From: Gekko japonicus
Taxonomy: Eukaryota
Length of the DNA stretch: 64,000 bases
Reading direction: 5' to 3'
Assembly: GCF_001447785.1 (NCBI RefSeq)
Contig: NW_015162055.1
Span: 1-64,000 of the forward strand
This document shows, piece by piece, positions 25,201 through 38,300 of this stretch. Under the pieces are notes generated by a model that made no database searches, was not told the DNA's origin, and saw only the letters and a list, made by a program, of their open reading frames with translations. Position numbers and translations under genes: made by a program. Every line of letters begins with the position of its first letter. The first letter of the stretch is position 1.

Positions 25201-26299
25201 GCATTACCTTGGCGTTGAGGCTGGTGCCTGCTGAAGGGCATCGCACACGCACACACACACACACACGTGCACCAAGGCTGCCTCTTGGGGCTGTACCTCA
25301 GTGCATCTCCGCACCCAGTTCCACCTTCTTCTCTTCCCCACAACTGTTTCCAGCATCAAGTACCTCATCTGCTATCCCTTCCCCTACAATTTCATCCCCA
25401 GCCATTGCTCTTCCCCCTCCCCCACCCCCCCACCCAATGGTAAATGGGAAGGTTCATGAAGGTTTGTGTGCCCATCCCTGTTCCTGACCTTTCTAATTTG
25501 TTCTGTTGTTATTCTCCTTGGAGTACTAAGTGATCTGAAGCCAGTCAGAATGCACGTGAACATTCTATGACATTGTATCATCTCAACAAATAGAAGAAGG
25601 TGCTCATTTAATAAGATCAAGCTAGTGGTTGAGAAACCTCTATGGCAACTGAGTACTCAGTAAAAATTGAGTTCTCCATGGTATTTAGAGATCCGGTTGT
25701 AAATATCTAGGGGAAGAGTAGCCATTATGGCCACAGAGAAAAGTCAAATGTCCTGGCTGCCGTACCAGGCTGCCCTGTGCAAGATGAGAGTGACTGCACC
25801 TTGTCCAGGGCTATTCCACGGGACAAGATAATCATCACCTCACCTGGGGCTACCCTGTACAAAAATGAGAGACTCCTTCAGTCAGATAGGCCCACCTCAG
25901 GTAAGATTAGAGTCACTTTGCCTTATCTCACCTTGGACAAGGCCACCATATGTGAGATGACAGATTCCTTGCCTTGCCTCAGGAAGAATTGCCCTGCATG
26001 AGATGAAAGACTCCTTGGCTCACCTGGGGCTGCCCTCTGCAAGACAAAACTCACACTCCTCTGCCTTGGACCTGGGTGACTTTATCACAGCCACTACCAA
26101 CATCCATGGGCTATTTTGTTTTCCCAGTCTGCCCCCGTGTGTGTCGTAGCTTTTGTAGCTTTATTTTATTCATGTGACCTAATATCATTTTTGAAAATAC
26201 AATATACAAGGATAAACATATAAAAACATATAAAAACAATACAGCTATTAGCAAGAATGTTTCTCTCCCTGTGGGACCCTATGCACAGTTAATGGCAAT

Positions 26300-26419
26300 G
26301 TTGATGTAATGGTTAAGAGTGGCAGACTCTAATCTGGAGACCTAGGTTTGATTCCCCACTCCTCCACATGCAGCCAGCTGGATGACCTTGGGTCAATCAC
26401 AGTTCCTTCAGAGCTCTCT
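26300..26419 (+). mobile_element. Squam3-like SINE, 5' part
   Basis: tgtaatggttaagagtggcagactctaatctggaga...ggtttgattcccc matches the start of 42880-43099. Confidence 0.75.
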
Positions 26420-26599
26420 TAGATTGGTAGACCTAGCCTCAGACTGTCACCCTGCACTGAACCATAGAAAACTTACCAGCACGGGGGGGGGACGGGACTC
26501 TTGCTTTCTACTTTGGGTTGTCGTTGTTTTTAGTGAACTATAACAAATTTACAGTGGAAAGGGGTGGGTAGACCTCTAAAGGCCAGGTCTACCAATATA
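26420..26599. mobile_element. Small MITE interrupting the SINE
   Basis: Inverted repeats attggtagacctagcct (26423) and aggccaggtctaccaat (ending 26596). Confidence 0.6.
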
Positions 26600-27029
26600 G
26601 TGGAAAGGGGAGGTCAAGTATAAGAGAGGTGGAACAATCACTGTCAGAACCCTGCCTCACCTAACAAACAGGACTTTGCTTAGATGTTATCAACTGCCCA
26701 AACTACTTATTTATTCAAATATTTATATTCCACTTTTACTGTGACTCAAGGCAGCTTACAAATCATACTGAAAAGCATAATAGGGGTATGCAATTCCCCC
26801 CCCCAATTTTTCCCTTCACCATTAAAGTCAATGGGGCGCTTGGAGGGCTATAATAGGGCGCTTGGAGGGCCCTTCTCCGGCAATCAGCCAGCGAAGGGGA
26901 GCCGATCCCTGCCGCAACGGTCCCACCGCTGATTTCCAGGAATGGACGCAGGGATCATGACCCTAATATTTGTTGGAAGTGAAGGACCTCAGTGACCAGT
27001 TTTGGTCCAGTAGTGAGTTCACACCCTGA

Positions 27030-27110
27030 CCTGGCCACTGTGTGACACAGAGTGTTGGACTGGATGGGCCTTTGGCCTGATCCAACATTGGCGTCTCTTA
27101 TGTTCTTATG
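27030..27110 (+). mobile_element. CR1-type LINE 3' end
   Basis: ggactggatgggcctttggcctgatccaac...ctcttatgttcttatg, with the (TTCTTATG)n tail typical of squamate CR1. Confidence 0.7.
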
Positions 27111-27111
27111 A

Positions 27112-27166
27112 CCTGGATTGCCCAGGCTAGCCTGATATTGTCAGATCTCAGAAACTAATGCCGGTC
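27112..27166 (+). mobile_element. 5S rRNA-derived SINE head (truncated)
   Basis: cctgatattgtcagatctcagaaactaa resembles 5S cccgatctcgtctgatctcggaagctaag. Confidence 0.6.
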
Positions 27167-28978
27167 CAGCAGGTGAAGAGGATAAAGATGAAGATGGCAG
27201 CAGCAAGGGAAGTGAAGAAGAAGGAGTACTGGCACCTTCTGATGAGGACTCAGTTTCTGAACTTGGGGCGGCTGCCCCTAAACCAAGCTATCGATTGAGA
27301 AACAAAAAGGATAAAAAATGAGTTGTGATTGTTCTCTGGATTCTGTTTTAAACATTCATTGTAGCAACATCCTAAGGCATCAACAGTATCAATTTCTTCC
27401 AAGCACACATGACCAAATTGATTTCTGGGAACTCCCAGCATCTGAATTGCAAAAAGAGCGGTACGTAACAGTGACACCCAGATTTGTTATACCAAGCAAA
27501 GAGGATACAGAGTGAAATTACAAAGCAGTACTGTGCTAAGCCATTATCTTAAAAATAGATTGTTTAAAAATAGAGATGGCGCTGAATTCTATTTTAGATA
27601 CACATGGGTATAATTCCCCTACTCTAATTTATATTATTAGGTTTCTGCGTTTTCTCAAAAGTACTCAGAGAAAACTTGTCTTTTTCAAAGAGTTATCTTT
27701 AAATTTTTATTTGACACACTGTTAGCACCCTCCCTTTTCTGCAAAATGCATTTATGTAGGTTGGGAAGGTATGTGGCAAGGAAGCTGGCAGCAATGTCAA
27801 AAGGCAGCAGGGGGAGTGGGAGGGCTGGAGACAGAGGTGGTCACTTGAGCATGAAGGCCTGAATGTTCCTTGTTGGGTGAATGCTTCTTACCATCAGGCC
27901 CATAGCCACAGGGTGACATTTGGGGTGGTGCTCCTTCCCAAATTTCCCCTGCCTTCTCACTGATAGTCCCTCTGCCCCTCACCATCCCTCCTGGGAGCCT
28001 GAGGTGCCGGCAGCACTTGCTGGCAGCTCAGCCAGCTGGCCCTCACACCTTGTGGTTGGCTGGGAGGGGGTGGGAGACTGGGGCATGTGATGATGCCATC
28101 CACTCCTCCCCACTGCCCTTGCAGCTGGCTGTCCTCATCATTGCTGGCTGGAACTGGGAGAAGTCTGGAGGCTGGGCCGTGTATCTTAGTCACTTAAAAT
28201 GTTCCCAACAGAAAAGGCTTCTGAAATAGAAAAACAAATGTCCCAACAGACTTGCCTTCCAAAGGACCACTTGCTCTGGAGTCAGTTCTAGGGAAGGGTG
28301 GCAGTGCCTACTACTGAGTATACACACTCTTGAACGGGCCTTTGCCTCTCCTGGGCCCTTTGGAAAAATCACTGCAGCCCCGGATTTCACTCAGTCCCCA
28401 ATGTTGTGTGGGAGGCAGAGACCCATGGAAGGAGAGAGGCTTGGACCTTTTCTTTACGCTCCTCCCCTGCTGGCCGCTGACCTGCCTGCCTGCCTCCTTG
28501 AGACTGGGACTTACCAGCTTCCCAAATGTTGCAGGAGGAAGTCAACAGAGGTGCCTGCTGGGGTTCCCCTCAGTCTACAGGGAGCCAGCCATGTATGTTT
28601 CCCGGCTCAAGATGTCTGGCTCTCCCTCTAGAACTTGTAATGGGCTTTCATTGCTTCCAGCAAGAGCAGTGGGCAAGCACGGGCCTCAGGCACCTCTTGC
28701 ACATTGCTGCAGCCTGCAGGACGCTAATTAAATCAAGGTAATTCAAGCAAGGTGATCCCCCAAAATTTGAGGCTTTTTTTAAATGGAAAGCCTTTTTTTG
28801 TGAAATTTACTGAAATTTTACATCTCTGCTTAGGAGCCTCCATTGCCACTAGTGAACATGAGGAATGAGGGACACCAGGACTTTTCAGCTCAGTTTCTTG
28901 GGGCTAAGAAGCATTATAAATTACTCAGACTCCTCAATGGTAATAGATGTTCTTATATGCTATGCTGTAGGGCACACA

Positions 28979-29325
28979 GGAGCTGCGGTGGCTCAAGTGG
29001 TTAAGACGCTGAACTGCATGATGTGGAAGGTCAGTAGTTCAGCAGTTCGAGACCCGAGTTGCCGCATGACGGAGTGAGCTCCCGTCTCTAGTTCCAGCTC
29101 CTGCCAACCTAGCAGTTTGAAAGCAAGAAATTGCAAGTAGATAAATAGGTACTACTTCGGTAGGAAGGTAACAGCGATCTGTGCACCTTGGTGTTTAGTC
29201 ATGCCGGCCACATGACCACGGAAACATCTTCGGACAGCGCTGGCTCTTTGGCTTTGAAATGGAGATGAGCACCGCAACCCTAGAGTCGGACTCGACTGGC
29301 TTTCGAGCAAGGGAACCTTTACCTT
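28979..29325 (+). mobile_element. Sauria-type SINE, full length
   Basis: A-box ggtggctcaagtggttaag, B-box-like gttcgagaccc, conserved body and acctttacctt tail. Confidence 0.9.
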
Positions 29326-29338
29326 CAGGGCACATATG

Positions 29339-30212
29339 GGGTGTGTTCAGACAGGGCATTTTAGCCGGCATAAACTGCTCCAGTTCCAGTTTGATCCGGA
29401 AGAAACGTGATCACACTCACCTCCTGACTGCACAGCACATCGCAATATGCCCGTCCACACTTCAGGCACTCAGCAGAGCGCATTGGCAGTTAAAATTTTT
29501 TACACAGTTTGCGCATGCGCATAGGCAGGCTTCGTTATAATGAAGCCGATTGGCTGCCGCTCGGCTCTCATGGCACGTGCGCGTGTTGTTTTATTATTTT
29601 TTTTGACAGGGCAAATGGAGGTGGGAAGGAGGGAGGGGGTGAAGAGCGCGGGCAAATGAGGCCAGGCTGCGCGTGTGTGACCTGTTTCGGCTGGGGAGAG
29701 TGCCCAGGAGGAGAGTTAGTAAGCAGCAGCGAGGAGGAGGATAGGAGGAGGAGGGCACGGCAGAGTCATGGAAAACACTTTGCAGCCGCAGCCAGAGCAA
29801 AAGCGGCCGCAGCAGCAGCAACAGTGGCGGCGGGCAGGGGAGGAGGAGGAGAAGAGGTGGCTTTGCACAGGCGCAGAACAACCTTTTAAAAAAAATTATT
29901 AACGACGGGGCGAAACTTCGCCCAAACGCACATGCCTACTAAAAAAAATGGTGGCCAAAATGCAGAAGCCTCAGGCTTCCAAACGGAAGTGGCTCTACAC
30001 CAGTGGAGAGCGATCAGACAGGGAGATAATGCGGTTGGAACCGGTGCACTCAGGATACCACCACTTGGGGACCTAGTAGCAGAATACAATGGTTTAAAGG
30101 CTGTTTGCAACGGTTAGGGACGGAAGGCAGATGTTCGCTGTGTGATTGCCCGTAAGTACACCGATTCCAACTGGCATCTATACCAGTATAAATGCCCCAT
30201 CTGAACGCACCC
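29339..30212. mobile_element. Non-autonomous DNA transposon (Harbinger-like TIRs), CpG-rich interior
   Basis: About 23-bp imperfect TIRs gggtgtgttcagacagggcattt / aaatgccccatctgaacgcaccc. Confidence 0.75.
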
Positions 30213-31088
30213 AGAGTGTAGTTTATAATGCCTCTCAGCTCAATGGACTGAATCAGGAATCAACGTAAATTACATTCTACATGATCTGTAGTATTTCTAG
30301 ACACTTGCAAGTGTTCAGGAACATAGTGCCCTCCTTCACAAGGATGAGTTTTGGAAAGGGGAGAAAGGTAATAAGGATGGCTGATGCCAAGTGAGCCCAG
30401 TTTCAGCCTTGGAGGAGACTGAGCTGAGCTGATATTGGTAGAATGGAAACTGGCAGAAATTGTTTCCAAAACCTCCATCTCTAAAAATTCTAAAAACCAG
30501 AACCATCCCTCATTTTAAAATATAGTTCAGCATTGATTATATGTGGGTGCAACTGTACCAGAATCATAAATCCACTGGAATCTGCCTGGAACTGGGACCT
30601 GCTATGGTCCTGAAGACTTCTGTGACAGTGTTGTAGGCCATGACATGCTTATGCAAGCATCACCTTTCCACATAGACATAGGAAACCTCTGCACTTGCCT
30701 ATAGGCCTTCTAACATCACAGGACCTTCTGAAGGTATCACAACTTAGAAGATATCAGTATGTTTAGTAGAAGAACCTATGTAGCAAAACAATGTGTGTTC
30801 CTCTAGAATATTTTGAAGAGGGAGCCTAATAGCTCCATCCCTGTCTATTTAAAATTAAAATAGTAGGCTGATATTCAATATTCACTGAGATACGCCTGAT
30901 GGAATGACAGGTAAGGTGTTTTTAAGACAGGAATACAGGTTATAGATAAGACCTGGATCTAAATTATGGATAATATAAATGTAATTAACTGAGCTTTCAA
31001 TTTATAGTATGATTCATCTTTTTAAATAAATGTATTTAATAAAACTTCTTCACTGCCTATTACACACTGGTTAACCTTGTCATGTATA

Positions 31089-33725
31089 TTTTTTTTTATC
31101 AATTGGTTATATATTCCCTTTTCCCTCCCTCCCCCAAAAGGCTTCCCGCAATGCGTCTCCCTCATGTCCCACATAGATAACTTCAAGATAACATCAGGTA
31201 TCTAATATTGTTCTAAACATAGTAAATTTTGTCTCACGTCCCAGTTCTTTTCTAAATATATTTTAAAGTCCTTCCATTCTTCAAAAAATTCTTGGTCTTC
31301 TTCATTGTTCAACTTTCTGGTTATTTTGTCCATCTCAGCCATGAACAGAACTTTTTGTATCCATTCTTCCAGATCTGGTATTTTTTCTTGTTTCCAATAT
31401 TGAGCATATATCATTCTTGCTGTTGTTATCAAATACCAGAACAGTGTCCTTTTTGTTAAATTTAATTCTTCCATTTTTAAGCCTAAGAGCAGAATTTCAG
31501 GTGCTTTCTTAAAAGAACATTTTAGAATTTTTTGCATTTCACAGTGGACTTTTGTCCAAAAGTCCATAGCTTTTTCACACGTCCACCACATGTGATAAAA
31601 TGAGCCCTCGTGTTTTTTACATTTCCAACATTTGCTAGACATATTCTGGTTCATAATTGCTATTTTCTTAGGTGTCATATACCATCTATACATCATTTTG
31701 TAACAGTTTTCTTTTACATTGGTACATACAGATAGTTTCATAGAGTTTTTCCACAAATATTCCCATGTTTCTATGGTTACTTCCTTATTCATATTAACTG
31801 CCCATTTTATCATTTGCTCTTTTACAGATTCATCCTCCGTAAACCATTTCAACAGTATTTTATACATATTAGAAACCATTTTCCTCCCCCCACTTTCCCA
31901 AACAGTTTCTACTTCATTTCTATCTTCTCTAAAACCATAGTTTTTTTTTTATCCATTTTAAAAAACATCATAAATCTGCATATATTTTAACCATTCATAG
32001 TTGTATTGAATTTCATCCTGCCCTTTCATTACCCATTCTGTTCCTTGCTTCATAATTAAGTCTCTATAAGGCAACCACTCCTTGCCTTGCTGTCTTGAAT
32101 ATGGTGTCAAAACTTCTGTTGGTACAATCCATAATGGCCTTGCATCTCGAAAATATCTTCTATATCTTGTCCATTTCGCAAATAAAGCACGCCTCACCAC
32201 ATGGTGTCTGAAAAAACTATCCATTTTTGTCTTCTCATACCATAGGTATGCATGCCAACCAAACCTACAGTCATGACCTTCTAGTGCTAGCAGTTTTTTA
32301 TTGTCCAATCTCACCCATTATTCCAACCATGTTAAACAAACTGCTTCATAATACAGTCTTAGGTTTGGTAGCTGCAATCCCCCTCTTTCTTTTGCGTCAC
32401 AGAGAATTTTCATTTTAATTCTGGGCTTTTTACCTGCCCAGTCAAATTTCGAGATCTCCTGTTGCCATTTGGTTAGTATATCCGTCTTGTACAATATTGG
32501 GATAGTTTGGAATAAAAACATCACTCTCGGTAACACATTCATTTTAACCACTGATATCCTGCCCATAAGAGATAGGTTCATGTTGTCCCATTTCTTAAAG
32601 TCCTGAGTTAACTTATTCCAAAGCTTTTCATAGTTGTTTTTGTACAAGTCCATATTTTTTGGTGTTAATTCAATTCCCAAATATGTTGTCTTTTTTACCA
32701 CCTCACAGTGTACCATTTCTTGCAGTTCTTCTTGCTTCTTTTTTGTCATGTTTTTACATAACAATTTGGTCTTACTTTTATTTACATAAAAACCTGCCAG
32801 TTCGCCAAAGTCAGTTATTTTCTGAAATAAGAGCGGTAATTCTTGACAAGGATTTTCCACTATAAACATCACGTCATCTGCAAATGCTCTATATTTAAAT
32901 TTATAACCCTTGCACCTCAGTCCTGTAATCTCTCCATCTTCCTGTATCTTCCTTAATAGAACTTCTAACACCCAGATGAACAGTAAAGGGGAGAGAGGGC
33001 AACCTTGTCTTGTTCCTTTTTGTACTCTGAAGTGATCTGTTAGTTCCTTGTTTACATTCAGTTTAGCTTTTTGGTCTGAATAGATCGCTTCAATTATGTT
33101 TTTAAAGTGTTGCCTACCTCGATTTTGTCCATCAATTGAAACATAAAGTCCCAGTTCAAATTATCAAATGCTTTTTCTGCATCCACGAACAAAAATGCTA
33201 CTTCTTTCTCTGGGTGTTTTTCGTAATATTCGATTGCGTCTATTACCGTTCTTATATTATCTCTTATTTGTCTCCTTGGTAAAAAACCCGCTTGTTCTTC
33301 AGATATGATCACTTGTAAATAATTTGTCACCCTCTCTGCTATAACTTTAGCAAAAATCTTATAATCATTGTTTAAAAGCGAAATCGGTCTGTAATTTTTA
33401 ACGTTCGTTAGGTCTTGTCCTTCTTTCGGTATCAATGAAATGATCGCTTCTTTCCATGTATCAGGCACTATCTTGTTTTCTCTTATTTCATTCGATAGGG
33501 ACACCAGGGCTGGAGTTACCTCTTCTTTTAGCTTTTTGTAAAATTTTGCTGTAAAACCATCCGGCCCTGGTGCTTTCCCCAATTTGGTCTCTTCTATTGC
33601 CTTAAACACTTCTTCTTTTTGGATTTGACCATTCAATAGTTCCTTGAATTTGCTTTGTATCTTTGGCAGTGTTGTGTTGTCTAAGTAATCCTTTATCTTT
33701 TCAAGATCAGCTTTCTTGCCTTGAA
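31089..33725 (-). mobile_element. 5'-truncated L1-clade LINE (RT plus C-terminal CCHC domain) with TSD
   Basis: KAPGPDGFT, NYRPISLLNNDYK, DAEKAFD, GTRQGCPLSPLLF, AFADD and CWKCKKHEGSFYHMWWTC. Short poly(A). TSD CTTGTCATGTATA(TTTTT) at 31076 and 33726. Confidence 0.95.
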
Positions 33726-34673
33726 CTTGTCATGTATATTTTTATTCTAACAGAAGACCACATTTTGGCATTTTCAGCACTGCTGCTACTCTAAACAACA
33801 TGTAACAACACATTCCCTTTCAAAATACAGAAACAGAGCAGTACATGAACCTTTTGATAATTATTTTTGCTTCCCTGAAACCTGACTGCAAACAATTACA
33901 TAGTACAGCCCTACAGATCTGTGTTTAGTGATAGGACAGGTAAGATTTCCCTTATTATTTCCTATATAGACAATTTGGTAATTTAATCTGATATTGTCTG
34001 TTCCTGCACCCTACTGGTACTTGACCAAGATGGGAAGAAACTCATGTCTTACTCAAAGTATACTCTGTCATTTTAAAATGCCTTTTATGCTAGAGCTGAA
34101 GAATGGTGTGGATACCCTCAGAAGTGACCTCTGGCATTTCATCCTCTTTAAATAATTCTCTAGGGACTCTGTAATTGCAGACTTTTGAAACTTGTTACTA
34201 GTTCCCTGTGTATGAGTAATGCCAGCTTGATAGCAAAACACAGTCTACATTCTCACAGCAGGTGGGAGCTGAGTGCTGTTTTCATTTTAAACCTGCTGCT
34301 AATTCTAAACAATTTAAAAGCAGGAGCGAAAAATACTTATAGCATTCTAACTATAGCAACCACAGTCTCTTTTAATAAAGAACGGCAGAAAACACTCCTG
34401 TGCTCCCAATAATTTCTTTCACATTATCCAAACTCTTACATAAATTAGGTTGATCAGTTCAATAATTCAAGTGATGGATGAAAGAAGTGTCCTGCATTGA
34501 AATCCCAAATGCACAGCTCCCAGATGGGGCCAATGGGCAGCGTATGTTTTAGTGCCAGCGTTGCTACTTGCTCATAGCCACACAGTACCACACTAATTTC
34601 TGTCCTTCCACCATTATCACTGCTTGATGATACTTAATATTAAATACCCTACTTTTTCTGCACTTCCATTAGC

Positions 34674-34753
34674 AGTGCAATCCTAAACTAAGTATCACAA
34701 ACACATCGACTTCAATGGGCTTAGAAGGGTGTACTTCTGTTTAGGATTGCACT
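34674..34753. mobile_element. 80-bp hairpin MITE
   Basis: Perfect 15-bp IR agtgcaatcctaaac / gtttaggattgcact. Same family as 62062-62151, with a partial copy at about 23170-23235. Confidence 0.8.
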
Positions 34754-36364
34754 TTTTTTCCTGGGAGGGTTTTCCCCAAAATAATTTAAGAGGGCATTTG
34801 GTTTGCAATGTGTCAGTGTTTACATTCTCATAAAACTGGTTAATGAGTTTTCAGGCTTGTATCACGGCTCCCATTTTATAATAGCAGAAAGGTCTTGCTA
34901 GATCAGGGGACCTTTGTGCAAAGAACACAAAAAGAAGATATAATTAAATCAAATTATTCTCCAGAGTTGAGATGATAGACAAAATAGATCAAGGCTCCTC
35001 AAGTGACACTGGGATGGATATTGCTTTATCCTTCGGTGCTCTTTGAAACTATTTTAAAGAAAGATTTCCCATTTTCACGTTCACTGGTCTGAGAAGGTTT
35101 TATGGTATAGAAATAATAATTCGCTCAAACAAATTTAGCTCCCCAATTTCCTCTGGCTTGATAGCAATTACACCATTTAAGAGACACAATGAATTGGCTG
35201 CACTTATACATAGAAGAAATAACACAGGATCAACTTGCTATCTACACTGAATATTTGTGTGAAATACATTACAAGTTATTTATTTCTTTACCTTCTATAT
35301 TTGCTTACTTGCTGTACTGAAGATAGACCCCTTGTCATGGAAAGATTGGGATTTAGACTTACAGGGATACCAAAACTCTGCAGGGGTGGTGACTCAAATA
35401 AAATGATCCACTCCCATAGCCTGATTGATCCAATAGGTCTTCAGACAGCACTGGGAGATTTTCTTGCTGACACTACTCCTGGTCTCACATCTTTGTTCGG
35501 AAGAAGATCTACCTTTGAAACGGCAAGACATTCCAGAGATGACACTCATTTTTCTATTATTATGTATATTATTATTGTTCACTTTTTGTATACTTGATTC
35601 TTTAAAGAAATTTATTAAGTGTCACTTTTTCACAGTTCTTTTTGGTTTTTGTAGTGTCTCATGACTGTGCCAATCTATTTGACATCACACCTGGCACTCT
35701 GCCACATGGGTCACTGGGGAGGATGCAGAAATGTTTCCAAACTGTGGCCCTGAGATTAGAGAAGGTGAGAAGCACAACTGCTTTCTGGGAGGGACCACGG
35801 AAAGGTGTACTCAAGGCAGAAGAAGCAACAGGGAGTTGGGATGTTGAAGAGGAGGATGCTTCCCCCCCACACCCACTGAATCACTACTGTCAGAGTTCTC
35901 TGGGCTGTGCTAACAACACTTTTGCCTCTGCAGAGAGCCCCCAGGTCCAGGAACAGACATGGGGCAGGAGGCTCTGAGACCCCTGGTTGATACCCTAGTA
36001 GAACTGGGCTCCAGTGGCCTTGCAGGATGGAATTGGTGCCTGAGGATGGGGGGCCTGTTGTATGCAGGAAGTGGAGGACTTCTTCCCCCCACAATGAGCA
36101 CCCTACACATCCACTTTCACCCTCACAGCATTTTGAGGTGTTCACACTCAGGAGGGGTGGGAGGGCATAAATGTTGGAGACCTGGGGGATCTATAAGTAG
36201 AACCCCAGAAATGTAATCTGCCTCCAACTTGGAGAGATTGTAGAGGAGCCAGTCCTAACATCCACTATGGAAGCATGCCCTAAAGGCAGAACTATTATTT
36301 AGGAATATACTTGAAATAGTCTCCATGCATTATGCCAGTATATGATAGAGGCCCGGTCAGCCTG

Positions 36365-38300
36365 GTAACCTGGGCCAAGGATGCCAAAACATGGCTGACT
36401 ACTGGAATGGGATAAGCATGGTCCTGTAGGGCCTTGTTTATGGTGCACTTGTAATCTGTGCAGATACAGATGTCCCCATTGGGCTTCACTGGGGTGACGA
36501 TGGGGGTATCCCAGAGGGCATGTGGCACTGGCTCTAGAACCTCCTGCGCTACCAGGCAGTCCAGCTCTTCATCTATCTTGGGCCGCAATGCAAATGGGAC
36601 ATGCCTGGCCTTAATATGGATGGGGCAGACAGCAGGGTTGAGGTCCAGGGAGGCTGGTGGTCTCACCAAAAATGGCTGGGAACTCATCACACATGTTGCT
36701 AAAGTTCGTAGGCCGCACATGATGCACCCCTGTCACCCCAAACCCCAGGGGAGAAAACCACGACAGACCCAGTAAACTAGTAAGCCACCCTTCCACCAAC
36801 AACAAATCCAAAAGCCCTTCAAAGTTCTTATACTGCACATGGAACTTGCCCCACCCTCTAATGGCCACCGGGTTCTTTTGGAAGTCTCTGAGGGTGAAGC
36901 CAGTGGGTTTTAGGAGGGGATCCCCTTGCAGGCAGAGCCTCCTGAGAGTCTCTTCTGATATGATGGAGATGGACGATCCCGCGTCCAACTCCATTTCACA
37001 AGGGCCCCCCTCTTTCAACACGGTTAGTTTAATTTTGTTAGGGGTGTCCTGGGGCAAGTATAGTATGTGGTGTTGGTGGACGGCTGTCGTGTGGAGCTCT
37101 GCGGATTCCTGGTGAGCGGTTGGATGATGCCAGTTTCCGCGGGAGCGGCAGGTTCGTGTGATGTGGTCTTGTTTCCCCCAGGTTTGGCTGATAGCGTTGC
37201 GGAAACAGCAGGAACGGCATTCGTGGTCTTCACCACAACTGGCACAAGGTGCTTGAGCGATGGTCTTCACGGGCTGCGGGGTGGTTGCAGATGGTGGGCC
37301 CAAGTCCCGGCGAGCTGGATGGCATACCTGGAGTATTTCATCCTTGTCCGAGGCGTCAGAGACCGGGGATGTGGAGGCCTGATGTGCAGAGTGGGCCTAG
37401 CAATCCCGTTGTGCCTTTTCAAAAGCCATGGCCATGTGTAGTACCTTGTCCAGTTTGAGTTCATTGGTACTGATGAGTTTGTGGCAGAGTTTTTGTTCAC
37501 GGATGCCCCAGACGAACTGTGTTGTCCTCGAGATCTGGGAACTCGCAGTTTATGGCCAGCCTATGGAGATTAGCCATGAAGTTGGTGGCCGCCTCACCGG
37601 ACTTTTGGTGGCACGCTAAGAAGTCCATGCGCTTCGCCATCTTGGTTGGTTGAGGCACGAAATGGCTGGTGAGGGCCTTTATGAGTTCATCGTATGTGGC
37701 TTCTTCAGGGGTTTTAGGAACGATGAGGCCCTGGCCTAGGCGTAGTGTGGCGATGCCACATGTGCTGAGCAGGAGCGAATTTTTTCTTGTCGATGTCGTC
37801 TATGCCTTGGAACTGAACGAAATACTTCAGCTGCTCCACCCACGCTTTCCACAGCTCAGGGTGAGCGGGGTCGAATGCAGGAATGATTCCTGGAGTGGCA
37901 GCCATCACCCGTGGAGTGATGCGAGGCGCGGAGTCCTGGAGATCGTTGCGCGGTGCAGTGCTGGAGGCTGGGTCAGGCTCGCTCTTCGCGATCCCATCCT
38001 CGTTGCCAGTGAAATATACTGGGTTCAGATGCGTAGAAGTGATCAGCTCATAGTTTATTAGTGATTCAGCAAGAGAAAGAAGACTATCCTTGGCCAAAGC
38101 CAGGTATTTATGCCTGAAAAGGGTTACACCCAAAACACACCCCACTCCCAATGATAGGCTATTTACACTCTATTGTTTCCCAACTGGTTTACTCTAGGAT
38201 CCTTGTCTCCCTACTGGTCCATTCTAGGATCCTAGCAATCTATTGTTATGCATCCCAAGCTCAGTCCTTTTGCAAGGGCAGTTCAGGCTCAATACAGACA
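36365..38300 (-). mobile_element. Ty3/Gypsy (Mag-like) LTR retrotransposon remnant: 5' LTR, PBS, gag, protease, start of RT
   Basis: LTR 38010-38300 (TG...CA, AATAAA at 38054-38059 on the minus strand) and PBS tggcaacgagg. Gag PAFDPAHPELWKAWVEQL, zinc knuckle CASCGEDHECRSC, protease MELDAGSSISIIS, RT start ARHVPFALRPKIDEEL...WDTPIVTPVKPNGDICICTDYKCTINKAL. Confidence 0.9.

Noticed and set aside
27112-27166. 5S rRNA gene
   Set aside because: Only about 45 diverged bases; better explained as a 5S-derived SINE head.
28979-29060. tRNA gene
   Set aside because: It is the head of a Sauria-type SINE and continues into the SINE body.
29509-29889. Poly-Ala/Gly ORF resembling a first exon in a CpG island
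   Set aside because: Lies wholly between transposon TIRs, with no splice donor or recognisable protein.
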